A stretch of 57,721 nt of DNA, counting the filler, from Dugesia japonica (taxonomy: Eukaryota), in the NCBI GenBank assembly GCA_001938525.1. It is 6 parts of 6 records of this genome, joined end to end, with 100 filler letters (N's around TTAATTAATTAA, not from the genome) between each part and the next. Parts side by side here need not be neighbours in the genome. Positions count along the whole stretch, not along the records: positions 40,332 to 49,068 come from MQRL01593435.1; positions 49,169 to 57,721 come from MQRL01598051.1; 4 more parts are not named here. One strand, given 5' to 3'. The notes beneath the pieces are model-generated. The model was not told the DNA's origin and searched no databases. It worked only from the letters and a program-made list of their open reading frames with translations. Positions 46,930 through 57,721 of the stretch are shown here, piece after piece. The translations under genes were made by a program, and so were the position numbers. Position 1 is the stretch's first letter, and the number at the start of each line of letters is the position of its first letter.

Positions 46930-48610
46930 CAATATATGCCTTTATTGAGTTTAGTGTTTGCATTATATGTCTTTATTAAGTGCATTGAGTGTAATTAAGA
47001 AACTTTAATAGATTTAGTGTACGCTTTATATACCTTTATTAGGTTTAGTGTGTGTAATTAAGAAACATTATTGGTTTTATTGTATGTATAATAACCATAC
47101 GGTTTTCTGTGTATAAGTCCCATAATTTACTGTATATAAAGTTCTTTTTCTTTTTTAGTATGTATAAGATCCATTGATTCCTTGTGTATAAAATTATATT
47201 GGGTTTATAGTGTATTTAAGAACCACGGGTTTCTTGTGTATAAAATTCTATAAGTTTTATATGTATGTATCACTCCATAGGAATTATTGTATGTATTTAT
47301 CTGTAAGTATTAGGTTTATTCTGTGTATTTAAATGACTTTATTTGGTTATTTGTGTATATTTTATGACATTGATTGATCTATTGTATGTATAATTTTGTG
47401 TATTGAATGCAATATATGAATATAGGTTATATTGTCTGTATTAAAGTAACTTTATTTGGTTTACTATATGAAATTAAGAAACTTTATTGGGTTTAGTGTT
47501 TTTACTTTATAACTCTATAGAATCTATTGAGTGTTTAATAATCATTGGTTTATTAAGTAAAAGACTATTAAGCTTATTTTTTGTATTTAAATTACTTTAT
47601 TAGGTTATTTAGGTGTATAATGCTCATTGGTTTCATGCGTATAAACTTACATTGGTTTACTTTGTATAGTACACATTGATTTCCCGTGTATAAGGTTCTT
47701 TTGGGTTTATTATGTGTATAATACTGATTAATTTCATGTATATAAAACTAAATTAGCTCCATGTCTATAAATCCTATTGGTTTCCTGTATGTATGAGACT
47801 TATTGGTTTTTTGTATATAATATCCGTTTGTTTCATGTGCGTATAAGACTATATTATGTAGATTGCGTGTATTATTTTACTTTATATGGTAGATTGTGTG
47901 TGTATTATATGATTTCAAGGGGCTTAATGTGTGTAATTTATGGTTCTATTAGGCTTAATATGTAATTTATATGACTATATTGAGTTTATTGTATGTTTTG
48001 TATAACACTATATGATTTAATTCGTAAAATGAATTGGTTTTACTGTGTATATGATAATATTATGTTATTTGTGTGTGTATTTAAGTGACTTTTTTGGGGT
48101 ATTTTTATGTATTTTATATGACTATATTGTGTTTATTGTGTATATTTAACTGTAATTATGAAGTTTATTATATGTTTTTTGATAATTCAATTGAATTATT
48201 TATGTGCATTTAATGACTTTATTAGTTAATTTTTTGTATTGGATGTCTTAATGTATTTATTTGTGTAGAATATGACTATATTAGATTCATTTTGAGTAGT
48301 ATATGTAATTATTAGGTTTATTGTATGTATTATATGAATAAATATGGTATATTATATGTATCATATGCCATTATTGACGTATTGTGTGTGTTACTCTATA
48401 AGTATTCTTATGTGTATTTAACTGTGTGCATTATGTTTCATATGTGTATCTAATAACTTCATTTGGCTTATCTTGTGTATCATGACTATATTTGTTTAAT
48501 TATGTATTATATAACTCTATGGTGTTAATTGTGTGTAAACTATCCATAGGATGGTTTTGTATATTACTGAATTAGTTTACTGTGTATGAAGATCTATTGA
48601 CTTTTTTGGT
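46930..48610. repeat. degenerate strand-biased T/G-rich minisatellite (units like TTATTGGGTTTATTGTGTGTAT); related tract at ~45670-45900
   Basis: Dozens of diverged ~30-35-bp units; + strand strongly C-poor. Confidence 0.75.
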
Positions 48611-49068
48611 AGAGCCTATTGTCATCTTTGTTATGTTTAAACATATTACATAGAAATATATTCTATCCAATGTTTTATCTAGGATTTTGTAAACGTTTTT
48701 TAACATATATGTTTAGTTTGAAAAGATTAAATAGGCGTAAATGCAATCTTTTGAAACATTACATAGACATCTATGCAATTTCAAAACATATGATCAAAAA
48801 GCTTATATAAAATCTTTAAAATAAAATAATAACATATAAAACCAAATAATTACCCTATAGAAACCATATAGAAACAGAGACGAATTTGCACAAAACTTTA
48901 GTATATATTTAAAAAGTGGGACATTTTCAAATTTAATTTATTATTGACATTTTTACTCAGCGTAGAAAATTATATATTCTAATTATGAAAACAGTAAATA
49001 TTTTCTAATAAACATATTTATAAATCATTTAATAATGTTATAATTTTGATAATGCTATTAATTTTGTA

Positions 49069-49168
49069 NNNNNNNNNNNNNNNNNNNNNNNNNNNNNNNN
49101 NNNNNNNNNNNNTTAATTAATTAANNNNNNNNNNNNNNNNNNNNNNNNNNNNNNNNNNNNNNNNNNNN
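49069..49168. other. artificial contig linker
   Basis: 44N-TTAATTAATTAA-44N. Confidence 0.97.
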
Positions 49169-49513
49169 AACATTTCGAGAAATATAATCGAGGACAAAGA
49201 TACTTTAAAGAGAGAGAGTGGGTATTAGTTCGAGTAGAATCATGCAGACAAAAGAAAAACGATTTGCAATATAAATGCCTAAACCAGATAGTGAGGTTTC
49301 TATCAGCACGTCAAGTAGAAATTAATTTTCCAAATGGTTTGAAAACTAGAAGAATAGAATGGCTAAAACGATGGAAAAAGTTTTGAAGGAGGGGAGAGTT
49401 ATGAAAATTCGAAATAACGTTGTTTGAATAATATGAATTACAGTTATAATTTCTATTGAATAAATATTCTAAGCACTTAGTTATTCTTCATATATGACAA
49501 GAATATTGTAACT
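49169..49513 (+). mobile_element. probable LTR retrotransposon 3' end: PPT and short AGTTA...TAACT LTR
   Basis: GAAGGAGGGGAG at 49385-49396 followed by AGTTATG; AATAAA at ~49459; TAACT at 49509-49513. Confidence 0.4.
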
Positions 49514-51207
49514 ATAGGTAAATAACGCTTCAGTTAAGCAAAATATTAAAATAAACAATAAATACATTTTCTTTGATGACTAAGTACAGTCCCATTTAAT
49601 TTAAGATTAATTAGAAAATTAAATATTTTAATTTTGTTTTGAAAAATAAAGGTTAGTAAAGATAAAATCATTTAAATTACTAAAATAGCATATTAAATAA
49701 CTTTAGAATTAAAAATAATAATAAATTTCGAAAATATTTACTATAAATAATACTAATAAATCAAAAAACAAAATTTATCTTTTTTCTTAAGATTACTGTA
49801 GACTGTTCATTTACCACCTTATGCAGTTAATATTTCTCATTTTCGGTTAGAGTTAATAAGATCAATTATAAATTGACAAACATGATCACAATAAGCGGCG
49901 CTCATTGTATATTGGTTGTGATCTACAGGCATTTCTGGCGTTATGCATCTTTGTTTCCCTTTAAAAAAAAAAGCGCATCGTAAACTAGATCAACCATTTT
50001 TATGCAGCCTTGGAATTAAATTCTAGAAACTGACGATGTGGATCGCGACACACACTTCAGGGACCACTAGTATAATGTATTATTTATCATTTTAAAGCTT
50101 ATTTTATAATTTCTTANNNNNNNNNNNNNNNNNNNNNNNNNNNNNNNNNNNNNNNNNNNNNNNNNNNNNNNNNNNNNNNNNNNNNNNNNNNNNNNNNNNN
50201 NNNNNNNNNNNNNNNNNNNNNATTTAAATTCTTTCTTTAAAATATACCAAATTCTTTTCTAGATATTCGTTCTGAAATTTTTTAGATTCTGTTTCAAACA
50301 ATTTTTTTATTCTCTCTTTTCGATACATTTTATTTATCGGATAAAATGTTTTAATTTCGCTAGCGATTATCTGATTAACATATTTAATAGTTTTATCTTT
50401 ATTTTCTACTTTATCTTCCATGATTGAATAAAGGTAATCCTTTTATTAGAATAACAATATATAAATTAATTTATATATTTTATTTTTTCCCCAACAATTT
50501 AATCTTTCAGTTTATAAAGGAGAAATTGAAATTGAGTTTATTCTTTGATAATTAAACTAACTGGAAAGGTTTTATTTAATATACAATATTGATTTCATTA
50601 GTTATTTTCAAATATAAGATTTATTTTACTTATGTATAAAAGCTATTTGAATTTATTGTTATGTACAAGAATGTACTCGATTAATATTATAAAGAAATTT
50701 GAATTTTTAAAGCAGTTCGGTAAAATAATTTCATACTAATTTGAAATTATTATAATAAATTGTTTTTAATGAATTCAAATATCAACTTATTTATAGCTAA
50801 TATTCATGATTTTATAGTTTATGATTTTAAAGAAATCTGGACAGCATCTTTGTAGATTGGAAAAATTTGATTAAATTTAACAACTAATTTTCCAGTGATT
50901 AAATTGTTCAACAGTTCAATTCATTTTCCATCTATCATTTCAAGCGACAAATTCTAAAACTAGAAGATGATTTGTATTATTGTAGACCTGATCATTCTCA
51001 CTACTCAATGAGTAGTACTCATCAATTTATAAAAAAGATCAAGCAATTTATTGTTTAATTCAAGGNNNNNNNNNNNNNNNNNNNNNNNNNNNNNNNNNNN
51101 NNNNNNNNNNNNNNNNNNNNNNNNNNNNNNNNNATTTATAAAATGATATAAAGTTTTAAATTTGTTACCATTAAATAATATTATTTGTTTAAATAAGTCA
51201 TTATTAA

Positions 51208-52291
51208 TATTGGCTTGTCCAGTATGAAATGTCGTATTTTTAGTAGTACATAAAGTAAGTCATAAAATACTGTTTAGTAAAACTTATTAATTGAAATATT
51301 TTCCATTATTGTTTACACATGCTCGCCAACGAGATGATACTTTATTGATTCCAATTTGATAAAACCCCGGATCTTTAAATTCAAAAAATTATTCTTGTCC
51401 TTTTGAATGGAACCTTGGTTGCGGAACGTTTTATTGATAAGAAAAGCACCCATGTGCTTAAACAGATGGTAACCTGTTGGTAAATGATCTGGTGAATAAG
51501 CTGGATGAGGTAAAACTGCGAACTGCAATTCATATAATTTGTGTACAATTACTTGAGAAACATGTAGTCGGGCATTATCTTGAAGCAAAATTGGGCCTTT
51601 TCGATTCATGGGCCCCGAGCAACTTTCTATACATGATCTCAATTTCCTGACAGTATGGCTGTGCAGTAATAGTTTCACCAACTTTTAAAAAATAATAATG
51701 GATTAAGCTGCAGACTNCCAAACAGTTATCATCATCTTCTTTGGGTGANGGTTTGGTTTAAGCATCTGTTTGGGCTTTTCATCAGCGTCTAGATATTATG
51801 CTGATTGTAGACAATTATCGTATGCAATCCACGTTTTGTCTTATGTGACAATGCGAGACAAAAAGGGATCAATTTTGTTCCAAATAATTAGCGAAGAACA
51901 AATTTCTAACCGTGCTTTTTCTTGTTTATCATTCAAATCATGTGGAACCTGTAAATGTCTTTTCTTGACCTTTCCAATATTTTTCTAGATGAACCGAAAT
52001 AGTCGATTTTGACACATTGAGATCTTGGACAAGTTCTTTCACTGTTTGGCGAGTATTTACTTCAACAGCTGCTTTCAATCCGGCTTCACTTAAGCGAGAA
52101 ACTGGTCTTCTACGGTCTTCATTTACCAAGCTCATGTTGCCATTCCGAAATTTTTTGAACCCCCGCTGCTTAGTACGTACATTAGTACTGCCTTTACTTC
52201 ATATAGCATTGATGTTTTTAGCTGCCTTTGATGTATTGTGTTTGAGTTTAAACTCGTACAGCATGCATGTACGAATTTGTTGATCTTTCAT
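51208..52291 (-). mobile_element. mariner transposon (cecropia/Hsmar1-like), degenerate
   Basis: MKDQQIRTCMLYEFKL.., VPHDL, LLQDNARLH, LPHPAYSPDHLPTGYHLF; TIR-like TATTGGCTTGTCCAGTATGAAATGTCG at 51208. Confidence 0.92.
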
Positions 52292-52489
52292 CCTTAGAAA
52301 AAGATGAAAAATAAAATTTTATTTTAAATTAATATGCTTACCCTTACAATGTAAATATAGTTTAAAATTCCTGCTTTAATTTNNNNNNNNNNNNNNNNNN
52401 NNNNNNNNNNNNNNNNNNNNNNNNNNNNNNNNNNNNNNNNNNNNNNNNNNNNNNNNNNNNNNNNNNNNNNNNNNNNNNNNNNNNNNTTT

Positions 52490-55100
52490 TTATTTAAACA
52501 AATAATTAGGGAAAATCCAAGTCTTTTAACTGATGACCACACCAAAATAAGAAAAAGATGTTCTCCAGAAGATTTTTGCAAAGCTGCCATCTTCAACACA
52601 AGAATTACTTATACAAAAACCAAGTTTATTCGAGGGTTCATCTGAATCACCCGATAAATGGATTCAAACGACAAAAGAATTTGCTGCGTTTAATCAAATG
52701 GAGCTTTTGTTCGCGTTTGATATGTTAATGAAACGAGATGCGAAAGAATTATGGGTGGAAAAATGCAAAGAAGATGTAATTTTGACGAACGAAGTCTGGA
52801 AAATGGTTCCATGAGTCATTTGTAATTTCAGAGACACTAGTGGATAAAATAACACTTTTGTCGAATATCAAACAAAGCCCAACTGAAAAATATCTTAATT
52901 TTGAGTTAAGAGTAAGAAAAATAGTAAACGAAGTTTTTGCGAGTAAACAAGCTCTAGTCGAAATTGAAATATTTGTAATTAATAGTGTACGAAACGAAAA
53001 ATCGAAAGAATCTTTAGTTGTTCAATAAGAACTTANTGATATGCAAAGACGAGAATCAGCCAACAATTTGGATAAATTAATACCGACATATTCTGTTAAT
53101 GNAGTAAAAAAAAAGAGCTATGCAAATACNGTGAAGAAGGATGATTATCAGTCAAAGATTTTCAAAAATCATTCACGAATGAATACTCAAAACGATCCAA
53201 GTAAAAGAAATCGGCCAATTGTTTTCAAAGAGGATTAATAGCGCGGAAATGAAATTGAGACCCAAAGACGGGCCAAAAACAATAGTTTTCCACGATACTC
53301 AATGGAGTGTATAATTAATGAGCTTTGTTGAAAAGCCAAAAGAAAGAATCCTCCACAAGAAGAAGTTTTAGCACCGGGAGCTTGTTTCTACTGTGGAGAT
53401 ACAAGACATAGAAGAATGAATTGTCCATAAAAAGAGAAATGTTTAATATGTAAAAAAGGCCATAATTTTCAAGATTGTCCATTAATTTGAATAAGAAATT
53501 CTACATTTCCGAAGATATTGTGTATTGCATAAGAAAATGATATGTTACCTTACAGTGGTGAACAAATTGAGTACATGCACGATGTTTCTTCAGACAATGA
53601 TGATAAAAAACAATCAGCAACATGCTGCATCCATCTCCTCAGTGAAGTTGAAATAACAGAATAAATACTCCAAGACGAAAAATTGATGTTCTATGATATG
53701 ATGTTTTAGAAGAGATGGAAGAAAATGGAGTTTAATGCGTTGCAATCGATATGACATTGAAATGTTGTGGGATTCAGGAACAAAAATATCAGTCATAAGT
53801 GCAGATGAGTAGAGAAAAATCGGATCACATGATTTATCATCGTTACACATTGTTCTAGGAGGAATCTTTTCTGAAAAAGAAGACAAATCTATTGAGAAAA
53901 CTAAATTGAAATTACAATAGAATGAGTAGCAAACAGAGAAAGAAATAATAATTNNNNNNNNNNNNNNNNNNNNNNNNNNNNNNNNNNNNNNNNNNNNNNN
54001 NNNNNNCGGAATGAAAATTACTGAAGTTGATTTTATTAACTCAAACTATGGAAATCTATTTATCGATAATTCAGAAAGAGTGAAAAATGACTTTAATACG
54101 TCAAATAATACCAGTCAAGAAGTAAGTAAAATGATAAAATCATACAAAAATAGATTTATGGCATCAAAATTTGATTTTGGATAGACGAAAATGATTCAAC
54201 ATCCCATTGAAACGACAAGACTTCAAATAATGGTATACCCGAGAAGACAGCCAATGCACTTCGAAAATAAAATAGATGAATTGTTAGAAAAGTTTAGAAA
54301 ATCAAATATTATAAGAAGTTACAGAAGTCCATGGAATTCTGCATTGATAATTGTACCAAAGAAAGATGGGACGATAAGAATATGTCTTGATTTTAAAAAA
54401 TTGAATTAAATTACAGAAAATTATTCGTTTCCAGTTCCAGATATTCAACGATTATTAGATACACTTGAAGGATCAGTTTTATTTTTTTCTTTAGATTTAG
54501 CATAAGCATATTATCAAATTGAACTAAAGATTCAAAACTGAAGACGGCTTTTAGTACAAAGATGGGTTAATTTTGTTTTAATCAAATGCCCTTTGGATTA
54601 TGTACTGCACTAGCAAAATTTCATAGCTTGATGTATAAAACTTTTCCAAGAATGCTGTACAAAGGAATATTAGGATATCTGGATGATATTTTACTATATA
54701 GTAAAACTACAGGGAGCACGACAAGCAATTTGGTAAAGTTTTTCAGCTACTAAAAGATGTGTGTTTGAAAATAAATCCAAGTAAATGTGTGTTCAATTCC
54801 AAGGAGCTGAAATGTTTAGGACATACAATTAGCACTAAAGATTTGGAGACATTGATGAAACTGTCGAAAAAATTCAAGAAGCCGTAATGCCAAAATGCAT
54901 CACGGAAATATGAGCGTTCTAAGGATTAACAAATTTTTACAAGCGTTTTATAAAAGATTATGCTTTACTTGCAGCACCATTGTATTCAGCGACGACAGGA
55001 CAAGAACAGAACATTGAATANNNNNNNNNNNNNNNNNNNNNNNNTCAATCTTTGAAGATAAAATTGTGTAGTGCTCCGATTTTGACTTTCCCAAATAAAT
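52490..55100 (+). mobile_element. Gypsy LTR retrotransposon gag-protease-RT, degenerate
   Basis: CFYCGDTRHRRMNC and CLICKKGHNFQDC knuckles; LWDSGTKISVI protease; SPWNSALIIVPKKDGTIRICLDFKKLN, AYYQI, MPFGL, YLDDIL, FLGLTNFYKRFIKDYA. Confidence 0.92.
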
Positions 55101-56011
55101 AATTATCGCAAATTGATTTATTATTTCATCAATTTAATTGTTAAATAAGTAATTTGTTTACTATTTCAATTATTATTTGAACTAAATTCGAATCAATCGT
55201 ATTGTTTAAAAATTAAAATTAATTCTTTCGAGACATTTTATTTTTTCCCCAATTAATTTTCCTTTTAATATAACTCGCTTATATTTTACGTGACAATCAA
55301 AGAAATGGTTGAAGATGATGGAATAATTGTTAAGCAAGCAAAGACAGAGTTTCAAATCCAACAGTAGTTATTAGTTTGCGTGAGATTTTCTCAAATTATA
55401 TTGTTTTGGTTGAAATTATTATTCTGGCTCTAAGTGCAGATTACATAATCAAGTCTGTCTTAAAAGAATTTTCTGAATTACAATTCATTGAAAATCAATA
55501 TCATTTCGAAGATTAAATTGAAGGAAGACATGTAAAAACTGGTATAATGGCAATAAGAGGCGTGAAAAAGGAATCAAGTACACCAATAGAATATTATTTT
55601 TAATGAAATGAGAACCTATTCCAGCTTGTGTCAAAAGAAGTTTGTCTTTGCCAAATACACTTTTAGCAAAAGACAGAAACTTTCTTCCTGAAAACATAAA
55701 ATATTATATTGTAATAATGTTCAATAAATTGTGAAAAGTCTTGATATATTTTTCATTTACAAAGCTCAATTTTCTTAAATCTTAAGACTACTAAGCAGTG
55801 ATAACTCTTTAAAAAAAGAAACAATGTAAAAAATTTATTATTATTATTATTATTAAAAGTAAAAATTATATAAAATATTATTATAAATAATATTAAATGT
55901 TGAATATGTAAAATACAAATATTAAAATTTATTAACTAATATGTTTATTAATTATGTTAAATATTGAACATTATCATTCATCGTTCCTTCACCCTTTTAG
56001 TTATCTTTTAA

Positions 56012-56464
56012 TTATTTAATATTTTCATAGTCGGCCGAATATTTCACGCATTTTCTCATAAAATTTGCCATCAAATGAATCGCAAAACTGAATCCCAGAA
56101 TCATCAATACCCACGATGTCAGAGAATTGTGATATTGTGAATAAACAAACGTTCCGCTACAGAGAAAAAGAAAACTGAATAAAGAAAATACAATTCTTGA
56201 TCTCAACAACCAAGATTTAAATCTCATTCGTTCACTAATACAGCTGATCATTTCGAATATAAATGTTACTAAAGCTAATGAGATTCCAATAAGAAACAAT
56301 GCCTTCGATATTATAAATAGTGAATTCTTTTCGCTCCATGTACATGTGTCCACCACAATATTTCCACATTTCCCCCATTTATTTGTTGATAATCCTATAA
56401 TAACAAATATCATTCCGATAAGAACATTGAAGAAAGGAGTTTTAATTTCTACTGAAGTTGCCAT
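56012..56464 (-). CDS. four-transmembrane claudin/PMP22-superfamily-like protein, 150 aa, intronless
   Basis: ATG at 56464 (MATSV..); four hydrophobic segments; first loop W-G-K-C-G...C; intact frame ending in TAA. Confidence 0.75.
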   Translation of the reverse strand: MATSVEIKTPFFNVLIGMIFVIIGLSTNKWGKCGNIVVDTCTWSEKNSLFIISKALFLIGISLALVTFIFEMISCISERMRFKSWLLRSRIVFSLFSFLFLCSGTFVYSQYHNSLTSWVLMILGFSFAIHLMANFMRKCVKYSADYENIK

Positions 56465-57027
56465 TTTAAATTTTGAGCACAAATTGTGTTGTTTAAATAT
56501 TGTCAATATTTATTCAAATGGTCCCATTTTTATTGGTTCAGCTATTAAGTCAATAAAAAATTTCCGATCGATAAAATCTGAACTAATTATTAATAAATGT
56601 ATAAAAAAATTTTGAAATAGTTTAATAAGGTTTTCTCTAAAAGAATTAGAAATTTGATATGTAAACGAAATATATTCCTATTCCACCAATTTATATTATT
56701 TTTCCTAGTGTTCCTTTTTATAGAAAAAGTAGTTTCTTATTTTTCTCTTTATAATTTTAAAATTATTAATTAAACATTGGCAAATTGTTATTAAGCATCT
56801 TTAATCATTTATGTACTAGGTTAACTATCGATATCCTATGACACGCGAACTTTATTTGTAATTTTATTTATTATACAAAGTTTCATGACAATTAACAACA
56901 AATCATAACACCCAGGTTATTCGCCACCTTACACTGACGATTTGAGTGCAACTGACCATCCACAATCTTAATTCTTTCAATTTTCTCTTCTAATTCTTTT
57001 GTTCTAGACTTCCAATAATTCAGACAG

Positions 57028-57200
57028 TTAGTAAATTGCCCTTTATTTTAGAAAGTTTCTCCTAAATTTAGTATAATTTCTCATATTTTAGTAACTTCCC
57101 CCATAATTTTAGTAAAATTTCATTTATTTTATTAAAATTCCCCGTTTTAGTAAAATTTCCCTTGATTTAGTGAGTTTCACCTTATTTGTGAATTTTTAGA
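57028..57200. repeat. ~20-bp degenerate tandem repeat (TTTAGTAAAATTTCC core)
   Basis: About 7-8 imperfect copies. Confidence 0.65.
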
Positions 57201-57721
57201 AAAAAATTAAGAAATTAATATTATATTATATTATTTTACATAAGATATTAAGCATTAGTTAATATTATTAACTTGAATAACAACGAACCTTTAATTTATG
57301 ACTAAAAAATCTATTTTATTGAACTAAAGATATACAAAAGTGTTAAAGAATGAGAAAAGTAACACATTTTTCAAAATTTATTAATCAAACATTTTTAATT
57401 GTATTTGTTTTTGCTCCGTAATAATAAGAATCTGCATGATTAGTTATGTATATAATAGTTACTAATCTTTTCTTGTTAGTAATAGGCTTATCGATTAATT
57501 CTAATCTATCTTCTATTCTTAAAAGATTAAAAATATGTTTACATTGTTTCTCTTTAACAAAAATTTAACAAGGCACAAAATGCATCTTCAATGATTTTAA
57601 TTTCATTTGCAAAATATACACAGTTGTATTCTATTGACAAATTTATCAGTAGATGGATAGTAGCGCAGAAGAACAGCACACATTCAGCGAACCCCCCCCC
57701 GTGTGTAAAAATTTATTACAT

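Noticed and set aside
50035-50072. Helitron 3' end (hairpin plus CTAG)
   Set aside because: Revcomp TAGTGGTCCCTGAAGTGTGTGTCGCG fits a decayed hAT-type terminus at least as well; no convincing hairpin or partner end.
56346-56615. Antisense ORFs overlapping real genes or TEs (also 8742, 13808, 16848, 17403, 38945, 52017)
   Set aside because: Shadow frames of coding sequence on the opposite strand.

Overview
Very AT-rich eukaryotic (animal, most likely flatworm/planarian-like; inferred) genomic DNA. It is not one contiguous locus: five identical 100-nt linkers (44 N + TTAATTAATTAA + 44 N) join six contigs of about 8.5-10.5 kb (1-10523, 10624-21027, 21128-30067, 30168-40231, 40332-49068, 49169-57721). 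Three host genes are supportable: a divergent two-exon PACRG-like gene, the 5' exons of an ELMO/CED-12-like gene largely invisible in the ORF track, and an intronless four-TM claudin/PMP22-like gene. The rest is mostly decayed mobile DNA: mariner and Tc1 elements with TIRs, a plant-type (DD39D-like) mariner fragment, Gypsy LTR retrotransposons, Penelope-like fragments with minimal hammerhead ribozymes, a hAT/Buster MITE, and two Polinton/adintovirus fragments (ATPase-integrase-minor capsid; protein-primed PolB). The most unusual region is contig 4 (30168-40231). It holds three tandem units, each with a CCAAT/TATA promoter-like module, a splice donor, an (ATT)n-rich spacer and a pair of small ORFs, most with their own putative acceptor and polyA signal. 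The ORFs form three unrecognised paralogous protein families (X, Y, Z) that diverge largely at silent sites and carry motifs resembling viral nuclear effectors.
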